Source: Callorhinchus milii
Taxonomy: Eukaryota
Assembly (NCBI RefSeq): GCF_018977255.1
Contig: NW_024704743.1
Location: 109,432,001-109,496,000 of the forward strand
Direction of reading: 5' to 3'
Length of the DNA stretch: 64,000 nucleotides
How positions within the stretch are numbered: position 1 is the first letter of the stretch; every line of letters starts with the position of its first letter. Below the pieces are notes generated by a model, which was not told the DNA's origin, searched no databases, and saw only the letters and a program-made list of their open reading frames with translations. The translations under genes and the position numbers were made by a program. Positions 49,136 through 62,172 of this stretch are shown one piece after another.

Positions 49136-49869
49136 GTATAATCTATGCTGACACTTCAGTGTAGTGCTGGGAGGTGCATTGTTGGCAGTGACATCCTTTG
49201 GATTAGACATTAAACCTGTTTTAGTGGATTTTTTAAACACTATTTCAAAAGAGAAAGGAATTTTTTCCTGGTGTCCTGGTTCCACAATCCCCCAAATAAA
49301 AAAATAGTCATTAACTTCATGGCTGTTTGTGAGACTTGGCTGTATGCAAATTTGCTGCTGCACTCACCTACAAATAAACAGTTACTGCACTTTACAGTAA
49401 ATACTGTGAAACCCTTTGATATGTTTCAATGACATAATAAAGCACTATTCTCAAATACAATGATTATAAAATCTATGATATAAGTAGGTACCAATAATTG
49501 TAAATAGAAATTAAAGATTGAAAGGAAAATTAGAGAAAAGTGATAACTGAGATCTTGCAAACCTGTCTAAGGGTCAAACTGATCATTGTGACTGAGCTGG
49601 TCAGTGGAGGGAGCACCAGCTGATGATTAAGTCCTAAGATTGTAAGCAATGGCTTTCTGCTGTGGGAAGCTTGCATTTCTTGGTGATGGAGCAACTGTGA
49701 GACACAATACATAGAATTTTACAGAACAGAAGGAGACTATTTAACCCATCAACCCTGTGCTAGCTCTTAATTTAGTCTCACTCCTCTGCCTTCATCACCT
49801 TCTCCCCACCTCCACCCAGCCCCCCCACCACCCCCACATACTCTTTTGTTATAATCTTTTCATATTGTA

Positions 49870-50260
49870 CTTTATCATATCCTCAAAATATCAAAAAGTG
49901 CTTCACAGGATTCTTACTGTCTAGTGTAGTGAGTACATTTTGTTTGCATACAAGGCAACCAATTTGCACACTGCAACATTCCGTAAACAGCCATAAAGTG
50001 AAAGATCAATTTATGTTATCTTTGGGATTGTTGGCCAGGACACCAGGAGAAACTCGCTTCTCTATTCAAATAGCTCCATGGGATCCTTAAAATCCATAGG
50101 TAAATGGGACTTCAGTTTCATGACTTAACCGAAGGATGGTACCACTGACAACACAGCGCTTGTCCAGCCTAGACTGTGAGCTTGAAGTCACAGTAGGGGT
50201 TTCAACCCATATCCTTCTGACTCAGAGGTAAGTGTGCTACCAACTGAGTCAGGCTGACAT
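49870..50260 (-). mobile_element. SINE family B
   Basis: Head GTCAGCCTGACTCAGTTGGTAGCAC on minus strand. Confidence 0.8.
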
Positions 50261-50842
50261 CTATAGCGATATAATTAAATTAATTCACGTCCTTCTCAGT
50301 GGGGTGGGGGGTTAATTCCATGTTTAAATACTTCTTAGAACTTTATATCGCTCACGTCTCTTACATGAGGCTGATCTCCATCTGGTTCTGTATAATTGGA
50401 CAGGTGTGTTTAAATATGCCTAATTAAATGGGACATTATTGAACAGCTCGAATGAAACCAATCTCCCTCTGAGCTGGAAGACATCAGCTCCATGGCTGCT
50501 GCAGTCAGCAAAGATACTACAATCAAATTGTAATAGATTGTAACATCTTTACTTGAAGCTGGTATTTGGTCGTCGGTGCCAGAACTCTTATCTTTTCTGT
50601 GGAGGAAGTTGACATAACCCACACAGCTTTCGACATCTAATTCTGCTCTGGCTGAATGCCTGTATTTAGGTCAGATGAGACCCAAAATTGTACCCAGCCT
50701 TAGCCTGTAAGACCGTTTAGTCTGAGAATTTAAAACTAGGCAGAATTGTGGAAAATTCTTAAATTCGGTCTTAATTACATAGGAACATAGGGACAGGAAT
50801 AAGCCATTCAGCCCCTCGAGCATTAGGTGCATATCCATAGGT

Positions 50843-51245
50843 GTCACCTGGCTCAGTTGGTAGAACTCTCCCATCTGTGTCATAAGGCTGTGGGATCGAG
50901 CATCAAGCCCCATGTAAGGAACTCACAGTCTTTGCTAATACTTTAATAAAATGCTGCACTGTATTGTTTGAGACAATGTCTTTCAGATGAGATGTTTAAC
51001 CAAGTTTCCGTTTCTGTGGATACTATTTGAAAAGAGAAAGGAGTTTCTGCCGGTGTCCTGGCCAACTACCCCCCAGATAAAATTGGTCATGGCTGTTTGT
51101 GGGACACTGATGTGCATAAATTAGCTGCTGTGTTCGCCCACAAAATACACAGTAACTAGACTTTTCAGTAAGTATAGTGAAATGTTTTAAGACATTCTCT
51201 TGTTGTGAAAGTTACAATATCAAATACCAGGATTATTATTTATTA
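50843..51245 (+). mobile_element. SINE family B
   Basis: CCTGGCTCAGTTGGTAGAACTC head, Deu body, TTA tail. Confidence 0.8.
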
Positions 51246-52697
51246 TTCTTATAATTTGGAAGGCAGTTTCCCATTCAGAAGTGTGGGGGAAAAACAGGCT
51301 AAGACTAGGTAGAATTTGGGGCCTCTAGGGGCTTGAAATATCTCATGGTCTTAGCTTTAAGACCATTATCTTAAAATTGCTCAGGATTTTGCAAAATTCT
51401 GAAATTCAGGTTAAATTTGGAAGTGGGTTTTCTGCCAATTTTTTTAAAAATTAAGTTGAGAATTTTCAAAAACGTTGGGCAATCAACAATTTTAAACCAT
51501 TGATGATTGCTACTTGATACATAATCAAATAACACGATTGAAGGCAACGACCTTGAGAATTTTTCAGGCTGCTAATATTTTATCTATTTCTCTATTGAAT
51601 GTCATTGATGGTCTCAGCCTCACGAGGCTGCTGCTTGTAAACAAAAAACAAATCTGTGTTCTAACAAGCCTGTACACAGCTTAAGTCCTTTGGTCACTCA
51701 ATCCACGACTGTTTGTGGGACACTGCTGTGTCCAATTGGCTACCACATTTTGCCAACCATTCATTTTACAATATATCTTGAAGATGTGACAAGGCACTAT
51801 ATCAAGTGCAATGATTATTATTATTATTATTATTTTCTGCTTGGACACTTATCCACATTGAGCTCTGGTGTGGAAGTGGATGTGGGGCTGAAAGATACTA
51901 TTGAAAACATCCTGTTGTCTGTAATGAGTTTCTCCCAGTGCGCCAAGCAGCCTTTGTGCCAAAATTGCTCATTAACTTCATGGCTATTAGTAGGTGTTTG
52001 GGACGTTTTGGGACGTCCTCCCGACGTGAAAGGCTCTCTATAAAAGTAATTTTGTTGTTGTTGTTATTTGTGGTATTCAAAATGGCTGCAGCATTTGTCT
52101 ACAAATGCACAGACCGTACCCTTCCTGTGAGCCGTTAACCAGTCCAGTATTAATATATTACTTAGTTCATGAGAATTTGCTTATGCTTTCCGGACACCCA
52201 AAAATGTTAAATATTGACAGTAGGGGGCAGCTGCGTTGCAGGGAAAAAAAGCCCCCACAGAAAAAAACATCTTTTCAAAGTCCAAATTGATGCAGAACCA
52301 TTATTCACCAGAACAAAGATATTTTGTCTGGTAGCAAAAGGAAAACATTTACAATGTTTGAAAATAGGAGCATGTTGGGCTGGATAACATCATCATTTTT
52401 AACCTAGTCCAAGACTTCCTAAGTATTGATGATTTTTAGAGCTCGTGTATTTCACTCTCGTGCAGAGGCAGGAGTGAACTGGGTATTAATTCTAGCTACT
52501 GGGGGCTGCCAAGGCCCTAGAGGAGAGTCAATGCAGTGGAGAGCAATGAAGATGATCCCCAGGGTTGGTGGGAATAAGCTATGAGTGATAATTAGACAAG
52601 TCAAGGTTCTTCAGTCTTAAAAAGAGACATTTCAAAAGGGAGGGGACCTTTTAAATGTATATAGAATTGTAAATAGCATTGAAAGAGTACAAGTCCA

Positions 52698-52995
52698 CGG
52701 TACCATCCTTCGGTTGAGATTTTAAACCAAGACTCTGTCGATCTGTTCAAGTTGATATTAAAGATCCTATGGTACTACTCGAGAAGAGAGGGGAGTTTTC
52801 CTGGTGTCCTGGCCAACAATCCCCCCAAAAATTGGTCATTCGTTCATGGCTGTCACGGGATATTGTTGTGCATAAATTTCCTGCCATATTTGCCCACAAA
52901 AAGAAGCTGTCACTAAACTTTACACTATATCCCGTGAAGTGCTTTGAGACGTCCTCCCGACGTGAAAGGTGTACACCAAATGTAAGAATTATTCA
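52698..52995 (+). mobile_element. SINE family B, headless
   Basis: Deu body; tail loop GACGTCCTCCCGACGTGAAAGG. Confidence 0.8.
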
Positions 52996-53519
52996 TTAAT
53001 ACTTCTTGCTTATAATGGGGTTCTATTGTATAATGTCTATTTTATGCACTTAAAAGAGCTAGAAGCTTGCTTGAGTCAATTGAGAGAACAGTTAGGCACC
53101 AGTGTGGCAGCAAAGTGGTTACATTCTAGTCCACGGATATAAATCCCTCTGTGGATGGTTGAAAGAGGCAGCATGGATACTCAGACAACGTTATCCACAA
53201 TCAAATAAATCTTGGCTAGACAGAGTTACTGCAAGCAGAGAGATTGCATCTCCTGTTGGAGGATGTGCTGGGACTCGGACTGCAGCTCATTCCATAAAAT
53301 ATCACAGTACAAACCCTCACTTACATCAGCAATATTTTTCAGGCCAGAAAATGAGATGAGAATAGAATGATGTTGAACGACTCACATGCAGGCCTTTAAA
53401 TTAGTCGGTCGGTCGCTTCCAATAAAAACTAATAATCCTTGCATTTGTTACAGCACCTTAAAGACGTTAAGCCATGTCAGGGCATATCCTCTTCTCCTTA
53501 CAGGTAATCTCTGTAAAGA

Positions 53520-53830
53520 GGAATACGATCCTCATACTTGTTTTCAAATCACTGCCTCTGCTTGACTGGCTCCAGTCTTCTGCATGTCCCTCTGTTCCAT
53601 CATTGGTGGCCGCGTTTTCAGACACTACGCCCCAAAACTCTGGAACACTCTTCCTCTACCTCCGCCTTTCCCTTTCCTTCACCATCTTTAGGTCGTGACT
53701 GAAAACTTTCCTCTTCAACCATGCCTACGGTCACCTCTCCCTCTACCTGGCTTTGCGTGCTCCTCAGCTGTCTAGCGCTCTGGAATGCTACCCTGCTTGA
53801 GGGGCGTTATATAAATGCAAGTTGTTGTGG
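53520..53830 (+). mobile_element. Old L2 3' fragment
   Basis: CCCAAAACTCTGGAACAC..TGAAAACTTTCCTCTTC..ATAAATGCAAGTTGTTG. Confidence 0.75.
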
Positions 53831-54258
53831 TGACTGTGTATTTGTTGGCAAATGTGGCAGCTATTTTGCGCACAACGATGTCCACAAACAGTGATGAAGT
53901 GAACAACCAATTTCTTTATCTAGAAGATTGTTGGGCAGGATGCTGACTCCGAGATGAAAATGCTACCATACTGAGCCAGGCTGTTCTGTAATCACTGCCG
54001 TGTGATCTGAGTTTGTGCCTCTTCGATTCATTACACAATGCAGAGAGGCAGCTACAGAGAGACAGCTTTTATGTTAAACGAAGAGGCTATTGATTATTTT
54101 TAACTAAAGGATCAAGGGCAGTTTACTGTTGAAATGAGTTGCTCTGCATTAGACGTTGAGTTTGGTATGAGAGCACAGATCTGTTCCATTATTTTAATTT
54201 GTCAGTTTCAAGCTCGTTCTACTACAAGACCTGGGTCACCCCTTCCATAATAAGAAGG

Positions 54259-54438
54259 TTTGGTCAGCTGGGTTTCTGACCCATGCACAAACCCATTACC
54301 AGGCAAAGAGTATCCAAAACAGACTGAGAATTCCACATATATATGCCACCTACACATGGAAATGTTCCTGTGTCTGGAATGGAATGTGCACTCTCCTTGG
54401 AGGGACACACCATGCTTACTAATTCCAGAGAACATTAA
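54259..54438 (+). repeat. Unclassified interspersed repeat, copy 4
   Basis: Aligns by eye with copies 1-3. Confidence 0.8.
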
Positions 54439-55269
54439 AATGAATCCAAAATAAAATAGACAGCCGGAGAATAAAGAATATGTCAAAATAGAAAACTAAA
54501 GTGTGCAAGAGTATTTAAAGTAGTTTATTTTAATTGTTTTTAACTATTGTGTTTAACAGTCTAGGGTAGGTTTTTACAGTAAGCTATGTCTGATCTTTGA
54601 CTTCCTTTGTTGCTGTTATTTTTGTTGTTTTCTTCAGCTCCACAGTGCAGAAAATTAAATCTCACTGAACCACCAGGGAAGCTGCAGTTTTTCTCGATCT
54701 GCTAAGTTGCCGTTCAATGGTTAACAACCGCATGGGGGTTGTCAATGCTTTCTGATTCACTCCCTCACTTTGACATATCAAGATCTGTGTGTGTGGAGGG
54801 GTTTGCTCTGTAACGTTAGACACCTTGAAGAGATGTAGAAATCAAGAAATCATTTGAGCAATTTATAAAGTATCTGGCTTAGGATACAGAAAGAAAGATT
54901 TTAAACAACGTCAATACAATTCAGGGGCGCTTGCTGAAACATGGAACTCTATGATCAGACACAATCTACTTTGAAAAGTTTTGTCCCTCTTTGCTTACAT
55001 CTATGTCCGAAAAAACAGATGTTGCACAGTCTTATCATGTTTGAAGCTGGTCTCTTAAAATAGTTCAATTAAATTATTGGTTTCATTCCAATAACCATGA
55101 CTGGTTTTGACCACAGCTTTAGCTGATGTATTAATTGTCACAAGTGTTGCATTTTCAACCTGTTTCAATAATTCTAGCCAGTGAAATTCTCAATGCTTCC
55201 AGGGGGCTTGTCAGATAGCAGAAATGCACACATATAGGGGATCTAATATTAAAGGAAAGATATTATACA

Positions 55270-55745
55270 TTAGAGAGTACAGTGCAGATTTACAGGGATG
55301 TTACCATGGATGAGTGGATACAGCTATTGGACAGGTTGGAGCTTTTCTCTTTAGTGATGAGATGACTGAGAGTGGACCTGATAGTCGTATTTAAGATTAT
55401 GAAACGATTTGATAAGGTAGATGTTGATAGTCAGTTTCTACTTGTTGGTGAATCCAAAGTGAATAGGTGCAAATATAAGATAATCAGCAGTACAACTAGT
55501 TGGGAGTTTAGAAGAAACTTATTCACACGAGGGGAGTGGGTGGTGGGGGAATGAGAATGTGGACCTCACTGCTGGAAGCTGTGGTTGAAGCAAAAAGCAA
55601 CAACGTATTTAAGAGAAAACTTGCATACATGAGGGAGGAGGAAATAGTTGGAGTATAGGAGAAGGGTTTGGAAGAGTGGAGAGTCGAATGGGGTATAAAC
55701 ACATGGACTAGAGGGGCTAATAGCCTGTTTCTTTCTCTAATGTAA
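55270..55745 (+). mobile_element. CR1 LINE 3' fragment
   Basis: Translates DLIVVFKIMKRFDKVD..YKI..RRNLFT, a CR1 ORF2 C-terminus. Confidence 0.8.
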
Positions 55746-57689
55746 GTCTAGATGATTTCTTTAATATGGAAATTTATGTAATACCGACCCTCAGAAACCC
55801 AGTCCAGAAAGTAAGATTGTGTTGGAGTAAAATTCCTTTGAGTCGTGATGTTTCTTTATAAAGGAATCTCTGTGTGTTCGAGCCAATCTCTACAGCAGGA
55901 GCTACCTGTGTTCTCAGATAACAGGATTCGCAAGATTTAATAATCAGCTTATTCCGATTAAAGCAATGTTTAAAGGCACACTTTCTCACACCCCCATCCA
56001 TTGTTCCATGCTCAGATCTTTGAATATTATCTGAGTGTTGTTCTAATTTACCTGAAGATGGAGCGAGCACATGCCTGTAGTTTAATGTGTTCTCTACATG
56101 AGCACCTCCACACAAGAGGTAGATTTGAGTTAAATATCATATATTTAATGATATATGATAAAATATCAACTTTCATATTGAGGTGATCATTGAGATCAGT
56201 CATTTTCCTTTTCCAACCCCCTCGGCTCCCACTCCGAGCTCAGCTGCCTAGCCAGCAGTGTCAAGCACTTTGAGACATCTCCCTGAAGTGAAAGGCACTG
56301 TGTAAGTGTAACTTGTATTGTAAATACTCTTTAGGTAAATAAAAACTTCTTAGCGTTTGTCCTGAAATTTCCCTTTGCAGCTCTAAATCCATGGTTCTGT
56401 ATTGGTGCATCCTTAAGTATTGCTGTGGGTTTAATTTTTGAATCTCATTTAAAATGTTATACCCCTTTATAAGGTTACTTCCTGAGTTGTCTTCTCTCAG
56501 GACTGTAGAGCCGTAGCCCTAATCATTGCTAATAACTTGGAGCTCCTGAACCGAACATTCAATGATCCAGCTGCAGTGCGTAATGATCAGGAGACCGTGG
56601 CAGCAACGTTAATGTCCCCGGCCTGTCCACTTCTCATGCCTTGCCTGTTGGATAAGATATACTGTACTGTTGATGGCAATATTAAATACTGAGATCTCTA
56701 GCGCTTTGTGACAGTGAGATTGAATCTGCCCATATATCAGTATCTCTTTCTTTCGGATAACACTCCCAGTTGTTTGTAACATTGTTATTTTCATCACGTA
56801 CGCTGCTGTCTTGCAATGTATTGCGATGGACCTTTAAATCAGCTTGCCTGCAGAACATTCTGAGGCTTTTAGCATGCTTTTTCAAGCTCTTAATTTTTTT
56901 TTAAATAGATATATAAACGGGGATCTGCAAGACTCGTCCGCACACTTTGTATAGAAATATTTGTCTTTATTTACTTCATTTCACACACTGGCTCGGCTGC
57001 CAATGCCAGTTGAAAATGTCACCATGTTTGGGGGTGGGAGGGATTACACAAAGAGATTCTGGGAGTTGAAAATGGGATCTTTTCATTGCTTGTCAATGTA
57101 CACCAGCTATGCTCCGTTTGCTTACTGCCTTTGGTCTCTATCAACCAAAGACGACTCTCTATGCCGTGTCAACCTGATTTATATTTTTCAGAAAAATTGT
57201 GGAAAGCATTATCTCAGAAATGCCTTTGTATCAACCTTGCACCATCAACAACAACTTGCATTTATATAGCGCCCTTCACACCGGTCGGCATCTCGGAGCA
57301 CTTAGCACTCTCATCAGTTGGTAGCCCTCTTGGGGGTTCAACCCCACACCGGGACTTTGAACTTGTCTTCCTCCGGGGGTGGGATTGCTTTGTGTTGCTA
57401 ACAATGGTGGTTGGATGAGACTTGAAGATAAGTCCCCTCTCGCTGTTCAGGTGGATGTTAAGGATCTCACAGCACTATTCAAAAGAGAAGGGAGTTTTTT
57501 TCAGTGTCCTGGTCAACTAATAATAAGAATAGCCTTTACTTTTTAATCTGACTGTGATAAGCCAATGTTCAATTCCATGTTTTGTATCGACTGTATCAAA
57601 CCAGTCTCCATTATTTTGAAATAATTTATGTTCGAGTGATCATGGCGAAATGTCTCAGAGTGCTTTACAGTATTGAAGCTCTTAACCAA

Positions 57690-58050
57690 TATCGGGACTT
57701 TAAGATTATAGTTTAGGCTGATAATTCAGTACTGAGGAGGGAGGGGGGCACAACTTTGTCAGACGTTAAACCTGTCTGTGTTGTTCGGGTGGACGTTAAA
57801 GATCCCACGGCGTTATTCAAAAAGGTTTTTCCCACCGGCTGGCAAACAATCATAGAACCATAGAAATTTACAGCACAGAAGAAGACCACTCCAGATAAAA
57901 TTGGTCTTTCACTTTAATGCTGTATGTGGGACATTACTCTAAGTAAATTAGCTGTTATGTTTGCCTACAAATAGATGGTCACTTCACCTGACAGCAAATT
58001 CCTGTGAAGTGTTTTGATGTTATGGCACTACATCAAGGCAAGGACTATTC
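57690..58050 (+). mobile_element. SINE family B, degenerate
   Basis: GGTGGACGTTAAAGATCCCACGGC Deu body; tail. Confidence 0.7.
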
Positions 58051-59699
58051 ATAAATATATATAACTATACTCATAAACATCTAAATCATGTAGTCCAAGC
58101 TTTGAAGTTAAGACAAACGCAGTTTTGGTTTGAGATTAATTAAGCAAAATATTGTTTGTGACTTCTGAGGCTAAGGTTGATCAAAATGGGTTGTGACGGC
58201 TCAAGGCGTCACTTGGGTGCTTTTAATGTTTATTTCACACATGACTTGAGAGGAGGAAATAACAAAGAAGGAGGTAACAACTGGCTTTGCTAAACACTAC
58301 TGCAATGTTTCCTGTCGCTAATTCATTCAAAACCCATTAACTATGTTGAAATTGTTGATGTTGTGGTGTAATAACCATAGGGCGTGAGCACAATATCTGT
58401 GAAATGAATTGTTGCTGACTGAGGCTGTGCTTCTGTGTGGTGACTGATCACAGTTAAGCCCACACTGAGAAACTGACTGTTCACAATCCCACCTGGAGAA
58501 TTTATGTCTTACAGAAAACAATAAGATCATGGAAAAGAAGCAACTTGCATTATTATTATTATTATTAATACTTGCATTTGATAGAGCATCTTACATCTTC
58601 GAGACATCTCAAAGCACTTCAGAGGATACACTTTAAAGTATAGTGACTGTGTATTTTAAATGTAAACACAGCAGCCGATTTGCACACAGCAATGTCCCAA
58701 AACAGCCTAGAAGTGAATAATCAATTTTATACGGTGAATTTGTTGGCCAGGATACCAGGAGAAAATCCTTTTTCTTTCTCAAACAGTGCGATGGCTGTTC
58801 GGGGAATGTAAAACCTATTAACTATGTTTAAAATACAAATGCTGTGGTGTAATAGCTGTGTGCAAGTTGGCAGCTGGATCTGTCTACAAATACATAGTCA
58901 CAAAATAATAATGATCCTTGCATTTGATATTGCGCTTTATCACGTTGGAAGCATGTCTCAAATTATTGCGTATTTGTAGGCAAATGTATCACAGGATGAA
59001 AGGATGAGTCTTTGCATTAGCAAATATTTACTCTCTCTTTAAATTTCTCCAATTGCTTTCGTATGTGAGGAGTTTATATGTTTAAGGAGCTGAATCCTTG
59101 CTGTGATCTGAAGATCAAGTGAAGATCAGAAGATGATAAAATACGTACCTTGTTTCTGACACTGAACATGATAATCTTTATAGAAAGGGGACATTGCTGC
59201 CGTCAAACTGCAGCTGGCTCTGTACAGGCTGTGCTGGTGTGTGAGAAACAGAGTAATTGCAGGTTAGTGTCAATAACCAAAATACATTGTGCTGTTCAGA
59301 GAGGACGGGTCAATAAAAGGTGCTTGGTTTCAGCTTTGATACTGCAGTCCAAGTGGAGTCAATGTTTGGGTATTTCTTAATGGATTTGTGAATTAAGGAA
59401 TCTATTTCTGAGGTGTTGTTTTTCTGAGGTTAGTTCTAAGGTACAATGAGGTCTGGGCACTAAATGACTATCAACAACCCGAAACAACTTGCCTTTCCTG
59501 TAGGGTAACGTCAGAGAGCGCTTTACAGAGATGGTGCTAGACATCGAGCAGGGAGGGTGGGAGAGTAATGCTAGGTAAAGTCACAGAGGTAGAGGAGGGT
59601 GAGGGTATGTAGGAATTTATAGGTGGAGTTCTCCTTGAAGGGAAGGAAATGCATGCTTCCCCTCCTTTCTTCCCTCCCACGTATTTTTGGATTTATCCC

Positions 59700-59900
59700 T
59701 GGTTTAACTCTGGAATTCTGCCTCAATCCCTCCACCTTGCACACTCCTTGCCCATCTTCAGATTGCATCTGGAGGCTTACCTCTTTGACCATGCCTACAG
59801 TCACCTCTACTTTCTCCCTGGCTCGGCGTCAAGCTCCTCCACCATTAAGCACGCCAAGAAGCTACTCAAGTGAAGGCCATTATATAAATGCACGTTGTTG
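59700..59900 (+). mobile_element. Old L2 3' fragment
   Basis: CTCTGGAATTCTGCCTCAATCCCTCC..CTCTTTGACCATGCC..ATAAATGCACGTTGTTG. Confidence 0.7.
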
Positions 59901-60879
59901 TATTTAAAACTCAAGGTCGGAGTCACATAGTCACTACTTTCCCATCAGTTTGTTTCTCCTTTGAGCACAAGTGAGGATCCCACAGTTTGGGTCTTGGCTC
60001 GATCCTCAGTCTAAACCTGCCAAATATTGGTAGCAAATGGAACTGATTGTTTTTTTGCCTGGAACATGCGTCCATTAGAGACTCAGCTGAATCCTGTCAG
60101 AATCAATTAGAAAGGGCTTTCATCTCTTTGCTCTAGATTAAATTCTCATTCAAGGCTCAGCACTGCAGCCAATGGAGCCTCTTATCCCCTAGTTAGTTCA
60201 GTCAGATAAATGTAGTAGTCCCTGATGAGTAATGTGATCTAATCATTGACCTATTTTGAATTGACGCAATCAGCACAGTGAGAGCTATCAGCATTATTGA
60301 GACATCGGACGCCATCTCGACCACGGTCGAGGTAAATAGCGGTTTGTTTCAGCTCTTCAGTTTTCAGCATAGCAATTGCAGGTTGCACTGTTATTATTAT
60401 GTCCACCTCAAATGTATCCAGTCACTTTGGAGTATATCCTGTGAAGTGCTTTGAAACATCCTTCTGATGCGAAAGGTACAAATGTAAGGGGTCTTACTAT
60501 TAATGATTGGTGCCACGAAATTCCATCTTGATTTAGTCTGTAAGAACAAAATCCATCAATTTCTATTTATACAGCACCATTCACATTCAGGAGGATGTCT
60601 CAAAGCACTTCACATAATTGAATGGGAACCTGGGGTGGAAGTGGGGAGGGAAGAGAGAGCTGAGGAGAGTGGACCCAGTTTGCAACTAGCAATGTTCCAT
60701 AAACAGCTGTGAAGTGAACAACTAATTCATTCTGGAGGCTCATTTGCCAGGACACCAGCAAAAACACCCTTCTCTTTCCAAATAGTGCATCGGATTTTTA
60801 ACATCCAACTGACCAGGCAGTCTGGATCTCACTTCCTGACTGGACTATTCCAATACGTCATCAGATCTGCTTACCCCCC

Positions 60880-61155
60880 CACTCCACCACCCACTGCCTC
60901 TGCTTGACTGGCTCCGGCCTACTGTTTGTCCCTCGTCCCAACGCTCCACATCGGTGGCCGAGCCTTCAACCACTACGCTCTCCCTAAATCCCTCCGTTTT
61001 GCCCTCTCCCTCCGCACTTTCAAATCCTGCCTAAAAACCTTTCTTTTTGATTTTGCTTATGGTTACCTCCCCCCTCCCCCTCTCTCTGGCTCAGTGTCAG
61101 ACTCCGCCACTGTGCGCTCCGGGTCCTGCCCCGCGTGAAGGGCGCCATGTAAATT
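60880..61155 (+). mobile_element. Old L2 3' fragment
   Basis: Translates IGGRAFNHYA..FKSCLKTFLFD; GTGAAGGGCGCC tail. Confidence 0.75.
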
Positions 61156-61877
61156 TACATGAATGACACTTCCTGTGCACAGCGCATGAATGAGCGGGAA
61201 GTGACGTCCGCAAAACTTCCTGCAGATAGTGACAATCCACTCGATGCACAGGAAGTGATTCCAACAGCAATCCAACAGTTCACTGCCAAGAAGGGAGTTC
61301 AGTTTCTGTGTGGAATCCAATGGGAGGAGAGAGATATCAGCACTGTGAGAACCAACCATTTCTACTTTCACTAGCTATTGACATGAAAACACCAAAATAG
61401 ACCAGATGAGGTGGCCTGAGGAGCTTTGAGTTCTCATCTCTAGCATCTGTCCTCGGGGGAAACAACCCCAACCGCATGCCAAGCAAGTCTCCCGCTGCCC
61501 CGCACCACAGGGCCTTTCAGAGTGAGATTTGCCAATTATCTCAACCTTACTGTGCTATGGATTCAAGTCCCACCAGGAGCTGGATTTAAACAGGGCCCAA
61601 ACTCACTTCGGCATCTTTAACAGTTGTAAAGAGATTCAGCCTGCTCAGTACTCAATCACCTAGGAATGTGTTGAAAAAATCTTCCATGAGTAGGAGCTTT
61701 ATTGTGTTAATACGAACGTGATACTTTTAATGTGTAAAGTGCTATAAGAAGCCTCACATTTTCTTTTAAAAAGCCACCAAAAATAAACATTGTTGAGGTA
61801 TTAAAGGAAAATGCATCTATACATGGTTTGCTTGTGAGGAGAATGTTTCTGTTTGGCTTGAGGAAGACCCTTTGGCA

Positions 61878-62172
61878 TTATTTGAAAAGAGAAGAATTTT
61901 TTCCCGGTGATCTGACCAACAAACCCTGAAGATAAAATTGGTCCCCAATGGCTGTTTGCGGGTCATTACTGTGTGTAAATTGGCTCTGTGTTGGCCTACA
62001 AAATACACAGTCACTACACTTTACAGTAATATCTTTACAGCGCCTTGGGACGTCCTCCTGACGTGAAAGGCGCTTTATAAATGGAATCTTGTTGTTGTTG
62101 TATCCTTTGAAGCACTTTGAGACATCGTCCTGGCTTGAAAGGCGCTGTATCAAATTAAAGGATTATTATTGT
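61878..62172 (+). mobile_element. SINE family B 3' half carrying a nested 64-bp young L2 tail (62037-62100)
   Basis: Two consecutive tails: the L2 (TTG)n type, then the SINE (TTA)n type. Confidence 0.85.

Noticed and set aside
60280..60340. CpG-rich stretch with GAG|gtaaat donor-like site and CTCGACC/GGTCGAG mini-hairpin
   Set aside because: No good acceptor, no recognisable peptide, no partner exons
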